Of a DNA stretch of 64,000 nucleotides, positions 35,592-45,958 are shown in pieces. Both the position numbers and the translations under genes were made by a program. How positions within the stretch are numbered: the stretch's first letter is position 1; every line of letters begins with the position of its first letter. This DNA is from an uncultured archaeon (GTDB taxonomy: Archaea > Altiarchaeota > Altiarchaeia > JAFGQM01): assembly GCA_964619365.1 (NCBI GenBank), contig CAZUDQ010000003.1:35960-99959 (forward strand), written 5' to 3'. The notes below the pieces were generated by a model, which saw only the letters and a list, made by a program, of their open reading frames with translations, was not told where the DNA came from and did no database searches.

Positions 35592-36851
35592 TCAAATGAA
35601 TTTATCGATTATTTTGTCTTCTCCAGAAACCACGCAGTCTTGCATTATAATCTCTCCGTTTATTATTGATGTCTTGACATCATTTCCTTCTGCAGAATAA
35701 ACAATATTGCTGATAAGATTATCCTTTGTGCACGGTAAAAGATGCGCGTTTTCAAGCGGTAGTATTATGATGTCTGCAAGTTTTCCTATTGATAGTTCAC
35801 CGGCATCGATTCCAAGTGCTTTTGCACCCTGTCTTGTTGCCAAATCAAGCGCTTTTTGCGCTGGTATCAAGCGTGCGTCCCATTTGGCATTTGCGTGGAG
35901 AAGTGCGACAAGTTTCATCTCTTTAAAGAGGTCTAAGTTGTTATTTGAGGCAGCTCCATCTGTTCCAAGGGACACATTTGCTCCGCGCTCGAGAAGTTCA
36001 GGGATTGGCGCAAGACCGCCTGAGGATAACTTAAGGTTTGAAGTGGGGTTATGGGACACGTGAACTCCGCCCTTAGCAAGCTTGTCCATTTCAGGTTTTG
36101 TCAGCCAGCAACAGTGCGCCGCAAGAAGCCTGTCTGAAAGCAGCTTGCGCTTCTCAAATAATTCAACAGGCCTAAGTCCTGTTTTCTCCCCGCATTCGTA
36201 AACTTCTCGTCTCGTTTCTGAAAGATGTGAGTGGATGATAGTATCTTCTTTTTCTGCAAGCTCTTTTGCGCGGGCGCATGTACTTTCAGAGCAGGCATAG
36301 ACTCCCTGAAGCCCCACAGATGGCGTTATAAGTTCGTTTCCCCCTTTCCAGTCCCTTATGAATTTGGCGCAGTTGTCAATCGGGTCGCCTTTTTGGGTTG
36401 TGATTTCTTTATCAAGACATGCCCAGGAGAGGTTTGCTCTTATCCCAAGACTGCATGCAGATTTTGCTATGGCATCCTCCCAGTAATAAAGGTCGGCAAA
36501 ACAAGTCGTTCCGAATTTTATCGATTCTAGGCAACCAAGAAGGGCGCCATCCTCAACATCTTTTTTAGATTGATGTGAGTCAATTTCAAAAGTCTTTTCC
36601 AGGAACTCTTCGAGTAGTATATCATCTGCAGCACCGCGCAGGCGTGCCATTGCAATATGTGTGTGGGTGTTGATGAGGCCTGGCATGACAACTGAGCGCG
36701 AACAGTCTATTGTCTCAGAAGGCTCTCCCTTTAGATTCTTGCCGATGTCTGCAATCCTGCCTTTAGATATCTTCACATCGATATCTTCAAGGATTCTGCG
36801 GTTTGCATCCTGAGTCACCAAGAACCTGCAATTCTTAAGTAGTAGCGCCAT
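35592..36851 (-). CDS. mtaD: 5'-deoxyadenosine/MTA/SAH deaminase (amidohydrolase)
   Basis: NTHTH, HSHLSET, AAHC, HNPTSNLKL, GTDGAASNNNLD; adjacent to ahcY. Confidence 0.82.
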   Translation of the reverse strand: MALLLKNCRFLVTQDANRRILEDIDVKISKGRIADIGKNLKGEPSETIDCSRSVVMPGLINTHTHIAMARLRGAADDILLEEFLEKTFEIDSHQSKKDVEDGALLGCLESIKFGTTCFADLYYWEDAIAKSACSLGIRANLSWACLDKEITTQKGDPIDNCAKFIRDWKGGNELITPSVGLQGVYACSESTCARAKELAEKEDTIIHSHLSETRREVYECGEKTGLRPVELFEKRKLLSDRLLAAHCCWLTKPEMDKLAKGGVHVSHNPTSNLKLSSGGLAPIPELLERGANVSLGTDGAASNNNLDLFKEMKLVALLHANAKWDARLIPAQKALDLATRQGAKALGIDAGELSIGKLADIIILPLENAHLLPCTKDNLISNIVYSAEGNDVKTSIINGEIIMQDCVVSGEDKIIDKFI

Positions 36852-36899
36852 TGCTTACTTTGCTGACCTCCAAACTTAAATTATACTCTTTATAACTTT

Positions 36900-39437
36900 T
36901 TAGACCTTTCCTTTAGCGTGATGGCGACCCTTGCCATGTTTTCGAAGGATGGTTTTTGATTTCTTCTCTTTTTTCTTCCCGCCAGGCTTCTTTAATATTT
37001 GTCGTATCCTTCTTGTGCAAATATCAATAACAAAAAGAATGAGTGCACCAAGAAGTACATAGACTTCAAGCCCGTTTTGAACGGCTTGCCTTGATGTGGA
37101 TTCTTCGATAGTAAAATCGGATATGTCTGCTAAAAGTGATGAAAGCTCGGAGGGGAAATAAGTTCTTCCGCCTGAGGTTAAGGATATCCCGTCAAGTATT
37201 CCAAAGTCAGGTCCGAATGCCCCGTATTCTACTGGATAGTTTGTTGCGATAAGACAGGACGTGTTGCCTGCAACTACTGGAACAAAGCCTGTTTCCTGTG
37301 GCGAGTAATCAAAGAAGTAGGCGGTTTCAGAGGCGCGGGAAAGTTCCCTGATGTTTCCTGCCAGGTAAACTGCAGGTTTGTTGGAACTAGATATTATGGT
37401 AACAGTCGAGCTTTCATCGACACGCGCTTCAGGGCAGTTTAAGCTTAAATCGCCATTTCTGGCAATGTCACCGACTGCCCAGCTAAGTGCTGAAAGAACA
37501 AGTCCAGAGTCCTCCTTGGAATAAAGGGATGGTGCCCAGTCTATACCTGAATCAACAGTAAGTGCAACACTTCGTCCAAGGCCAAATCTCCAAACAGTAA
37601 GGATTGGATCAAGTTGCGGCGTTGCAAGAATTAGCTTTGCCTCCGATTTCTTTGATACATAGTTTAAGTTAGATGCTGTGGCATTTCCACCTGTTTTGCC
37701 TTCTGTTATGAAGTGGTTTGAATCAATTACCATTATGGGCAAGCCTTCTGACTCTTCCTGTTCGCTTTCTTCCATTGCGCCAAGGACCAGTTTTACCTTG
37801 CTTGTGTCCTGCGGACCAAAGTACACGCCGTCGCCCGCACTTGATATTCCCTTCATAAACGAAGTGTCTGTATCAAAGCCGACACCTATGGCATGTACGC
37901 TTCCACCGTCTTTTTTGATGTCAGACGCGTCTTCAAAAGCGCTTACCGGATAGTTTGTTATACCGTCTGATATCAGGATTACGTGTTTTGCGCCAGTCGC
38001 ACCCGAAAGTATTCTTTTTGCTTCCTCTAAGCCTTCTGTGACATATGTCCCGCCCCCAAATTGCAAGCTTTTGATTTTGCCTACAAGCATATCGGGGTCA
38101 TCAACAGGCAAAAGCGGATAGAGCAAGTACGAGCGCGAATTAAATACCACAAATGCAATATTTGCTCTGCCGGACAAATCTTCTATCATCTGAATCGCAA
38201 GAGCTTTTTCCACGTCAATTTTCGTGTTTCCTGAAGTGGACCCACCAGTAGACCCGGATATATCAAGGACAATCACCACGTTTAGGACTTCTTTTGTACC
38301 CCGCTCTTCTTCTGAAGAACGAACTGGGAGAATGCCCTCAAATTCGCTTTCATAATATTCTCCATTCTCAAAGGATTCGGAGCCGCCTACTGTAAAAAGA
38401 CCCCCCCCATTGCGCAGGAAATCCCTGAGGCGTGAAACATCGCCAAGCTTCCGTAGGGGGATGTCATCAAGGATTATTGCATCATACTGAGAAATTTTTG
38501 AAGGCAGGACACTAACAATCTCAATATCAAAAGAATCCATCAAAACTTGCTCCAAAGGCGTATTGGAATCATTAGTCACCATAAGTACACTAGGTCGTCT
38601 TGTTACAATAACTGCCTTATTGAACTGGTTGTTCTCAGAAAACGTGTCCCCTGTCAATGGCGATATCCTGGCGATTATCTTATGGGGTCCCTGACTTGCA
38701 AACTGTGTTTCAAAGGGTATACCCATAATAGGAATCGTTTGCTCGATTTCCTTATTTACAAGAATCTTTTCATCGGCCTGCACGATAAGCGTGTATTTCT
38801 CAGGCACACTTAAACTGGATATCTCAACAGACCCTGAATAAATGGCACCAATCGGACCTGCGTCTGCCCCAAGAATATTAGAAATCCATACCTCTTTACT
38901 ATTGACTTCAGGAGCAAGGGCGTATATCTGTGCTCCCGTATCCGATGCAAAAGAGGCAACACTTAAGGGATTTTTGCCGGAATTGCTGTTGCCGTCGCTT
39001 TCGACTATAACTGCAGTCCCCTTTGTCGGCGAACTGACTATTGCAGAATATATCGCGTCCCCAAGTGCGGTTTTTTCTCGCTCGCTCATCTCGATTATCT
39101 CTGATTTTGCAAGTCCTCCAACCATAGAATTCAAACTTTTTTGGATGTCTCCTGCCAAAGGTTCGCCACCAACATCCATACTCGCACTCTTATCAGATAT
39201 CACCACAATCGAGACGGCTTCAGATTCTATGCTTTCTTCCGAGATGTAATAGGGCATCCCAAGAGCTATAAAGATTACAAAAATGACGACACATCGCAAT
39301 AAGAACTGCAGGCGCCCCACCCCTGCGCGCAGTAAACCCCTGTTTACAACGGCGAAGAGAGCTACTGCAAGGATACCCAGCCAAAGCACCCATGCCTGAC
39401 CAAATCCTATTTGCGCACCAAGTAGTTCAATAGTCAT
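36900..39437 (-). CDS. membrane vWA-domain / glutamine-amidotransferase-like protein
   Basis: MIDAS motifs DKSASM and DISGST, ISDG, WRFGLGRS; TMs at both ends. Confidence 0.85.
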   Translation of the reverse strand: MTIELLGAQIGFGQAWVLWLGILAVALFAVVNRGLLRAGVGRLQFLLRCVVIFVIFIALGMPYYISEESIESEAVSIVVISDKSASMDVGGEPLAGDIQKSLNSMVGGLAKSEIIEMSEREKTALGDAIYSAIVSSPTKGTAVIVESDGNSNSGKNPLSVASFASDTGAQIYALAPEVNSKEVWISNILGADAGPIGAIYSGSVEISSLSVPEKYTLIVQADEKILVNKEIEQTIPIMGIPFETQFASQGPHKIIARISPLTGDTFSENNQFNKAVIVTRRPSVLMVTNDSNTPLEQVLMDSFDIEIVSVLPSKISQYDAIILDDIPLRKLGDVSRLRDFLRNGGGLFTVGGSESFENGEYYESEFEGILPVRSSEEERGTKEVLNVVIVLDISGSTGGSTSGNTKIDVEKALAIQMIEDLSGRANIAFVVFNSRSYLLYPLLPVDDPDMLVGKIKSLQFGGGTYVTEGLEEAKRILSGATGAKHVILISDGITNYPVSAFEDASDIKKDGGSVHAIGVGFDTDTSFMKGISSAGDGVYFGPQDTSKVKLVLGAMEESEQEESEGLPIMVIDSNHFITEGKTGGNATASNLNYVSKKSEAKLILATPQLDPILTVWRFGLGRSVALTVDSGIDWAPSLYSKEDSGLVLSALSWAVGDIARNGDLSLNCPEARVDESSTVTIISSSNKPAVYLAGNIRELSRASETAYFFDYSPQETGFVPVVAGNTSCLIATNYPVEYGAFGPDFGILDGISLTSGGRTYFPSELSSLLADISDFTIEESTSRQAVQNGLEVYVLLGALILFVIDICTRRIRQILKKPGGKKKEKKSKTILRKHGKGRHHAKGKV

Positions 39438-39439
39438 TT

Positions 39440-41368
39440 TTAGATATCTCCCCTATCTTTTACAATGAACCATTCCCAAGTTACGAGCAATAGAGCGATA
39501 ATTGCAAATATCCAAAACAGGTTCCAGGTGGATTCAATCTCTTTTTCATCCCCCACTAGCCCCTCATCAACAATTACTGATGAACTTACAAGAGAACTTG
39601 CAGATATATCTGATTCTTCAAAGTCAAGAAGGCTTGCCGAAATTGCCTTTTCACCAAGTTTATAAAATCCGATTTCATCTAAAAGAACAGAACCTGTAGT
39701 CAAGACTTTTCCGGAAGGGTATCTTACATTGATTGTCGAATTTTTAATCGAGAAAAAAGTCCCTGTTTTATAATCTCTTGAACTTTCTTCAGCGTCACCT
39801 TCCTTTAGCCATAAAAGAAGATTGCTCCAAAATACAGGGAATGACGGTTTCATGTAAAAATCACTCCACTCTGGGTCAGGGGACAATCCAACATATACGC
39901 TTTTGCCTTCCCCCATACTTTTTATGGCAATTATTGGATTATTCTCCGCACTTGCTATTATTGCTGCCCTTCCATCACTTGCGGCTTCAATACTTTTTTT
40001 GATTACAATCTCAGGAAAATCTACATCAGTCGTTATCCTGTGTTTTACAGAAAGACTTACCTTAGACTGAGAATCTTTAACAGAAAGCGGCACTATGGGC
40101 AATCTTTCAGCAAACATCTCCATACTTGTCTCTGGCAGATATGGCGAAGCCAAGACAACAAGATTACCACCTTTCTCAACAAAGTCCCCAAGTTCGGCAA
40201 AGGTTCCTCCAAGGATGTTTTGGGGTCTTGCCGACTGGAAAATCACAATATCATACGAATTGTATTGCTGTGGATATATGGGAGGGTTTGTCTCCTCTAC
40301 TTCTACCCCGTGTATTGCATCTAAGGCATATCGCACATGCTCGTTATCATCCTTTTCTTTTATTAAAAGAACTTTTATTTCAGAGATTTCAGGAATTGAC
40401 GCAAAAGCGATATCGTCATCTGAAAGATCCCCCCCAGGGTCTATCTTGACAGAAAGCTCATGTGCCGAGGACGAGCAAGGCACAACAAAAGAGAAGGATT
40501 CTGTAGCATTAGGTTCTATATCGCGGCTGCTTAAGCCATAAGGTGTCTCACCCAAAAAAGGACTCGCAGAAACAGTCTCTTTATTCTTCCCAAAGTTCAT
40601 GACAATTATGTCGATGTAACACCCATCATCATTTCTTCCGGCCTGGCTTGACACTATACCGATATTGTTTTCCCCATTATTTATTGTGCGCATTATCACA
40701 TCAGTACCTTTTGATTCTGCGGCTTTCTTTGCCGCTTCTGGTCCCTCTCCCTGTTGGGGTCCGAAATCAGAGAAGACATATATCTGTCTTTTAGCTCCAG
40801 AGTCCTCGATTATATCAGAGGCAAGCGAAATTGCAGTTCCAACGGCACTTGGCGTTGATTTTGGATTTATAGAGTCTATTGCGCTAAGTGCGGCCTCAGG
40901 CGAGGCTTGCCTTGCAAGGACAATTGGCATATTCTCAGCCACAATAATCGTTGCCCTGTCCCCCGGTAAAAGCGAGCTGACAGTATTCATGGCTTCTGAT
41001 TTGGCCTTATCAAAGCGACGCGTCCCTCCTCCAACAGAGTTCATAGAGGAAGACGAGTCAACAATAACAACAATTTCCTTTTGCGCCGTTGAAATCTCGT
41101 CACGCAGAATGAAGGGCGCGACAGCGGCTATACAGATAACGATAATTGCAAGTATCTGAAGAACCAAAAGAGGGTCGCGTATTATCTTTTTAAAGAAAGA
41201 ATTGAACCTTCTTTTCTGCTCCATTTGTGATATGAACATGACAGAAGGTATCCTAAGCTCCTTTGGTTGCGGTCGTAATAGATAAAGAAGAACGACAGGT
41301 ATTATCACAACAAGTCCCCAAAATGCCCAGGGAAAAAGGAGTCCCAAATCAGTAAAAAGCGCAGTCAT
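39440..41368 (-). CDS. BatA/vWA domain membrane protein
   Basis: IIPVVLLYLLRP...IPSVMF...LLVLQ (BatA), DSSSSM MIDAS, C-terminal TM with EW. Confidence 0.87.
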   Translation of the reverse strand: MTALFTDLGLLFPWAFWGLVVIIPVVLLYLLRPQPKELRIPSVMFISQMEQKRRFNSFFKKIIRDPLLVLQILAIIVICIAAVAPFILRDEISTAQKEIVVIVDSSSSMNSVGGGTRRFDKAKSEAMNTVSSLLPGDRATIIVAENMPIVLARQASPEAALSAIDSINPKSTPSAVGTAISLASDIIEDSGAKRQIYVFSDFGPQQGEGPEAAKKAAESKGTDVIMRTINNGENNIGIVSSQAGRNDDGCYIDIIVMNFGKNKETVSASPFLGETPYGLSSRDIEPNATESFSFVVPCSSSAHELSVKIDPGGDLSDDDIAFASIPEISEIKVLLIKEKDDNEHVRYALDAIHGVEVEETNPPIYPQQYNSYDIVIFQSARPQNILGGTFAELGDFVEKGGNLVVLASPYLPETSMEMFAERLPIVPLSVKDSQSKVSLSVKHRITTDVDFPEIVIKKSIEAASDGRAAIIASAENNPIIAIKSMGEGKSVYVGLSPDPEWSDFYMKPSFPVFWSNLLLWLKEGDAEESSRDYKTGTFFSIKNSTINVRYPSGKVLTTGSVLLDEIGFYKLGEKAISASLLDFEESDISASSLVSSSVIVDEGLVGDEKEIESTWNLFWIFAIIALLLVTWEWFIVKDRGDI

Positions 41369-42246
41369 CGTCCACCCCTCCTTGTCTTGTTGCCAATTTC
41401 AAAGAATACTTCAAAAACAGGCATGTCTGTTGTGACTGAGAAAAAATCTGCTCCTGCAGATTCTGTTATAGCGCGCACTTTCTCAATATGGGCCATGTAT
41501 CTGAACTCATATTTATTCCGTATTTTTGGCGAGAAATAAAGTTTTTTCTTTTCTCCAGATTCAAGATCTTCAAGACGTATGTCTCCTGCGAGTTCCATAT
41601 GTTTTTCCATAGGGTCTGCCACATGGATAACAATAAAATTCCTGGATTTTTTAGCAAGATGGAATATTCCATCTCGGATGCCTTCTATGGGTTCTAAGAA
41701 GTCTGAGATAAGAACCGTTAGGGATCTTGTCGTTATGAGTTTTGTGTACTGGTTAGATGCGGTGCGCAAGTTTGTTATCCCTCCTGTCTTTTCAGCGTTT
41801 AAAAGAGATATTGCTTTGTGTAACTGTCGTTTTCCTCTACCATCATGAAGTGTTGTTTTTATGCAGTCTGAGAATATCCCCATCCCAAATTTCTCATTCT
41901 CTTTTGTAACAAGATAACAAAAGCCGATTGCAAGTTTTGAGGCGTAAGTGAATTTCGTTTCCTTTCCTGACGCAAAATCCATGCTTTCACTTGAATCAAG
42001 AAGCAGGTGGGTTGTGAGGCTCTTGTCCTCTTCAAATCGCTTGATAAAGAGTTTTTCAGTACGCCCATAGACGTTCCAGTCAACAAATCTCAAGTCATCG
42101 CCAGGAAAGTATTCCCTGTGGTCTATTGGTTCAAGACCGCGACCCTGGCGGATAGACTTGCGCTCCCCGGCATAGCTGCTTATGACTTTCTTTTTTGCAA
42201 GAATATCTAAAGTTTTTAGTTCCTTTATGAACTCAAGGTCTATCAT
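41365..42246 (-). CDS. DUF58 domain protein
   Basis: GxGLE..DHREYFPGDDLRFVDWN, LDSSESM, ISDFL. Confidence 0.92.
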   Translation of the reverse strand: MIDLEFIKELKTLDILAKKKVISSYAGERKSIRQGRGLEPIDHREYFPGDDLRFVDWNVYGRTEKLFIKRFEEDKSLTTHLLLDSSESMDFASGKETKFTYASKLAIGFCYLVTKENEKFGMGIFSDCIKTTLHDGRGKRQLHKAISLLNAEKTGGITNLRTASNQYTKLITTRSLTVLISDFLEPIEGIRDGIFHLAKKSRNFIVIHVADPMEKHMELAGDIRLEDLESGEKKKLYFSPKIRNKYEFRYMAHIEKVRAITESAGADFFSVTTDMPVFEVFFEIGNKTRRGGR

Positions 42247-42316
42247 CTTTTAAGGCGGACTTTTTTTCTTTTTAACCCTTATTTCAAGCCCATGGCAAGA
42301 AAGTTCCAGTAAAAGC

Positions 42317-43291
42317 TTATTTTGCTTCCTTAAGTATCATCCGCGTGACATCATCAGTCGATATGCCCTGTCTTTCCGACTCGAAGTTAAGTATCAGGCG
42401 GTGACGCAGTACAGGTAGTGCCATAGCCTCGACATCTGCCTTTGAAGCAAAATTGTTTCCGTAAAGAAGGGCTCTTGCGCGTGCGGCCTTGACAATACCT
42501 ATTGCAGCGCGCGGCGAAGCACCATAATCAAGGTACTTATTTGCAGTCTCGTTACCCTCCCCAGGTCTTGTCGCGGCAACAAAAGAAACTACATACTTTA
42601 GCAATTCTTCTGAAATGGGAACCATAGTTGCAAGCTTTCCAAGCTCAATAAGCGTTTCAGAACTTATAACCTTTTTTATCTCCGGGGCTTCCCCGGCCGT
42701 GTATATCCTGACAATCTTTTCTTCCTCAAAAGGCTTTGGATAATCAACTAGTATCTTAAAGAGAAACCTGTCAAGCTGAGCTTCTGGGAGAGGATAGGTC
42801 CCTTCCATTTCTATCGGGTTTTGTGTTGCAAGGACAAAAAAAGGCGGTTTTAAAGTGAATGTGTTTGAGCCTGACGTAACCTGTTTTTCTTGCATGGCCT
42901 CCAGAAGAGCCGCCTGAGTTTTAGGCGTTGCCCTGTTTATCTCATCTGCAAGGACAATATTTGAGAATATCGGCCCCTGACGGAATCTAAACTCCTTTTT
43001 ACCAGTCTTTGCGTCCTCTTCAATAAGATATGTTCCCGTTATGTCCGAGGGCATGAGGTCAGGAGTACATTGTATTCTTGAAAAGTCAAGGTCAAGAGCC
43101 TCAGAAATTGCCCGGATTGTCATTGTTTTTCCAAGACCTGGTGCCCCTTCTAAAAGTGCATGGCTGCCTGTGACAATTGAAATCATTACATTTTCGACAA
43201 GCGCTTCCTGCCCGACAATGGCTTTAGCGATTTCAGCTTTGAACTTTTCAAATATCCTCTTTGCCTGTTTGTATGTGTCTTCTCCTGCCAT
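42317..43291 (-). CDS. moxR: MoxR-family AAA+ ATPase
   Basis: GAPGLGKT, RIQCTPDLMPSD, LADEINR, ATQNPIEMEGTYPLPEAQLDRF; start at ATG 43291. Confidence 0.95.
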   Translation of the reverse strand: MAGEDTYKQAKRIFEKFKAEIAKAIVGQEALVENVMISIVTGSHALLEGAPGLGKTMTIRAISEALDLDFSRIQCTPDLMPSDITGTYLIEEDAKTGKKEFRFRQGPIFSNIVLADEINRATPKTQAALLEAMQEKQVTSGSNTFTLKPPFFVLATQNPIEMEGTYPLPEAQLDRFLFKILVDYPKPFEEEKIVRIYTAGEAPEIKKVISSETLIELGKLATMVPISEELLKYVVSFVAATRPGEGNETANKYLDYGASPRAAIGIVKAARARALLYGNNFASKADVEAMALPVLRHRLILNFESERQGISTDDVTRMILKEAK

Positions 43292-43328
43292 TGTTAAGAT
43301 AAGTGTTTTAATAATATAAATTGATTCT

Positions 43329-44165
43329 CTAGTCGGCACTTAATAGCTCGAAATAATCTCTTACGACTTCTTCCATTTCAACAGGAATATTTTCTTCATA
43401 TGAAGATACTGCCGACGAGCCAATCTCTCCCGTTGCAATCTGCCTGAGTTTCATCTCCGACATTGTATTATCGCTTGAGCCCAAACCCTCACCATATTCT
43501 GTGTGCAACTCAATCTCACGACCATCCTCTGTTAATATTGCCACTGATTCCTCACCAAAGATGTCATCAATTTCTCCTTTGCCAATTTGCATCTCCTGGT
43601 CCATAGGGCTTTCCTCTCCTTCTCCCTCGTCGCCTCCACCACCTCCGCCAGAGCCGTCCCCTTCGCCCTGGTTGCCTCCAGAACCAAAAAGTCCGCCAGC
43701 TCCTGAGAAACCAAATATCCCCAAAGCGCGCTCGGCAAAGATTAATGTTATTAGTAAAAACAGGATTATCACGCATGCCATGACAAGTTTTTGCGTCTTT
43801 TTTAAGTCAAGGAAAGCATCACTTCGCGAAACAGAGAGTTCAAACGTCACATCACGTTCAAGGTCCCGGGCAATGACGTTTTTTGGGTCCCTGTTATCTA
43901 TTGCTGCACTGAGTTTTTCAGAAAGGTTGGGGTTTGCTTCTTCTATGCGACGTATCACGGCCCGCTTTGGGGAAACAAACAAGTATATCACAAATGCGAT
44001 TATTGCGGGAACCGTAGCAAAATAAAGCGATATTCCGAAAAGGACAAAAATCAGGGCAAAGACAAAAAAACAGCTTATGAGAACAAGGCAGGCCTCAAAT
44101 ATCACAACGTATTTTAACCTGCTTAAGGTCCTTTTTAGATTCTCGTCGAAATTTAACCCTTCCAT
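43329..44165 (-). CDS. membrane protein of MoxR operon with Gly/acidic linker
   Basis: Three TMs, IEEANPNLSEKL..A.D, ends VVRDYF. Confidence 0.75.
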   Translation of the reverse strand: MEGLNFDENLKRTLSRLKYVVIFEACLVLISCFFVFALIFVLFGISLYFATVPAIIAFVIYLFVSPKRAVIRRIEEANPNLSEKLSAAIDNRDPKNVIARDLERDVTFELSVSRSDAFLDLKKTQKLVMACVIILFLLITLIFAERALGIFGFSGAGGLFGSGGNQGEGDGSGGGGGGDEGEGEESPMDQEMQIGKGEIDDIFGEESVAILTEDGREIELHTEYGEGLGSSDNTMSEMKLRQIATGEIGSSAVSSYEENIPVEMEEVVRDYFELLSAD

Positions 44166-44177
44166 GTTTTACTTATT

Positions 44178-44831
44178 TCAAGTGGAACAGCTGCAGTTAC
44201 TATCCGCGTCAACACAGTCAACAAGGCTATCATATTCTGATTGCAAATCGCTAAGGTCATCCTGCAGTTCCCCGATTCGTGTTTCTAAGGCGTTATTTAT
44301 GTCATCTAAATCCGATATCTGTTCATTTGCTGCCTTTAAGGATGCCACCTTCCTGTTGTATTCTGAAATGTATTGTTGTAACTGTAAAAGCGCCGTTGAA
44401 AGATCCGCCTCGGCATTATTAAGTTCAGAGTTACACATGCTAAGATCTGTTTTTGCACCAGTTAGTTCTCCCTCCAGAGTATCTTTTTCCCCCGATAAAT
44501 CAGAATACAGCTCATTAAGCGAGTAACGGGAGGACTCGGTTATATTAAGCTCTTCAGAAAGTTCACTCAAACGCATGATTGCAGAATCAAGAGTCGATTG
44601 GCAGTTTTGAGCCTGGCTTTCAGCACTGCTTTTTGCTTGTTGCGACTCGAGACTTTCGTTTAAGGTCTCCCCGTGGAGCCATTCAAAATACACAACAGCA
44701 ACAGCACCGCAGATAAGAAGGGCGACTATGATTATAAGAAGGCCGATGTTGACGCTTTTCTCATCATTCCCTTTTGGGTGATGAAGTTTCCTTAATTCCT
44801 TTTCCAACTCGACTTTGTCTGATTTTTCCAT
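44178..44831 (-). CDS. membrane-anchored coiled-coil protein
   Basis: Single TM, long heptad repeat and a Cys-containing tail. Confidence 0.75.
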   Translation of the reverse strand: MEKSDKVELEKELRKLHHPKGNDEKSVNIGLLIIIVALLICGAVAVVYFEWLHGETLNESLESQQAKSSAESQAQNCQSTLDSAIMRLSELSEELNITESSRYSLNELYSDLSGEKDTLEGELTGAKTDLSMCNSELNNAEADLSTALLQLQQYISEYNRKVASLKAANEQISDLDDINNALETRIGELQDDLSDLQSEYDSLVDCVDADSNCSCST

Positions 44832-44877
44832 TAGGCTTGCCTAATTTTAACAGTCGTGCGAATAAATATACTTAAAA

Positions 44878-45483
44878 ATGGAAGTCTACGAGGGCGTCAA
44901 GTTCACAACGGATTGTTTGGGGGCGGATTTTGACCTAGAAGAAGAGAGAATAGAACTCTTATCCGAACTACACCGACTCAGCGAATGTAAACTTCTTTCT
45001 GCAAACAATGGGAATGTTAGTGTGAGAGTTCCCACTGGACATTCACTGGGTGGCAGTCTTGATATGATTATAACTCCGTCAGGACTCGACATGGAAAATA
45101 TCTCAAAAGATGACATGGTTCTTGTCATAGACATTGATGAAGGCAGGAAAGTAGTTCACTACAAGGGCAGGGAAAAACCATCATCCGAGGCCATAATGCA
45201 CTGGATGATATACGGCAGATTCCCAGAAGTAAACGCAATAATCCATTTTCATGATGAGAAACTCTTAAAGTTTCAAGAAGAGCTTGTCACAACAAAAAAA
45301 TATTTTCCGTACGGGACAGTAGAACTCGCACGAGAAGTCATATGTACACTACATGAAAGCGATTTTATCATACTTCGCGACCACGGCGCACTTGTCGCAG
45401 GCCCAAGCCTTAAGGCATGCCACGAGATGATAACAAAAGTAAAAGAGGATTTAAGGATTTCTTGTAATCTGGGATTAGATTAA
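44878..45483 (+). CDS. class II aldolase/adducin family protein
   Basis: GNVSVR, ITPSG, PSSEAIMH, HFH, DHG. Confidence 0.88.
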   Translation: MEVYEGVKFTTDCLGADFDLEEERIELLSELHRLSECKLLSANNGNVSVRVPTGHSLGGSLDMIITPSGLDMENISKDDMVLVIDIDEGRKVVHYKGREKPSSEAIMHWMIYGRFPEVNAIIHFHDEKLLKFQEELVTTKKYFPYGTVELAREVICTLHESDFIILRDHGALVAGPSLKACHEMITKVKEDLRISCNLGLD

Positions 45484-45500
45484 TTATAGGATAATAAAAT

Positions 45501-45539
45501 TAGTAGGCCTGACGGGTTGGGGTGAACCCGCCAAACCCC
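45501..45539 (-). ncRNA. candidate small structured RNA (tRNA-minihelix-like hairpin)
   Basis: GGGUUUG-GCGGG-UUCACCCCAA-CCCGU-CAGGCCU-ACUA forms 12 bp with 4 G-U pairs, on the minus strand only; TTATAAAA at 45567-45560 upstream. Confidence 0.45.
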
Positions 45540-45576
45540 TTAGCACTTTTTTGTAATGCTTTTATAACGAATTTAA

Positions 45577-45957
45577 TTATTTTGTTTCCCAAAGGCCATG
45601 TACGCTGCAATACTCGCGCACCGTTTTTATCTTGCCTACACAACAGAACTCAGCCGCAGGGTCATCACCGGGAGCAAGCTCCTTTCGGCATATTTTCCCG
45701 TCTAAGTCAATTAGCTCGATAAACTGTATGTAATGCTCCTTTTCCATGGGGTGTGGAACCTCGCCAATCTCGACTCGGATGCCCGAGTCTTTCGTTTTTA
45801 CAACAGGGACGTGCTTTTCCTTGCCATCATCCTTTGTCTTTGCCCGAAGGTCAGTCATATTCTGCCCGCAACAGACAAGAACGCCCACACCTTCCTCTAA
45901 GACCTCAACGATATTGCCGCAAATCTCACATTTGTAGATATTTCCTTTTGTCGCCAT
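45577..45957 (-). CDS. dfx: desulfoferrodoxin (superoxide reductase)
   Basis: YKCEICGN...VCCG, EKHVP, HPM..EHYI, YCSVHGLW; start at ATG 45957. Confidence 0.95.
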   Translation of the reverse strand: MATKGNIYKCEICGNIVEVLEEGVGVLVCCGQNMTDLRAKTKDDGKEKHVPVVKTKDSGIRVEIGEVPHPMEKEHYIQFIELIDLDGKICRKELAPGDDPAAEFCCVGKIKTVREYCSVHGLWETK

Positions 45958-45958
45958 T

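Noticed and set aside
45501-45540. Canonical tRNA gene or archaeal SECIS element
   Set aside because: No D or anticodon arm, no GAA/A internal loop, and no in-frame TGA in the adjacent genes. Kept only as a minihelix-like candidate.
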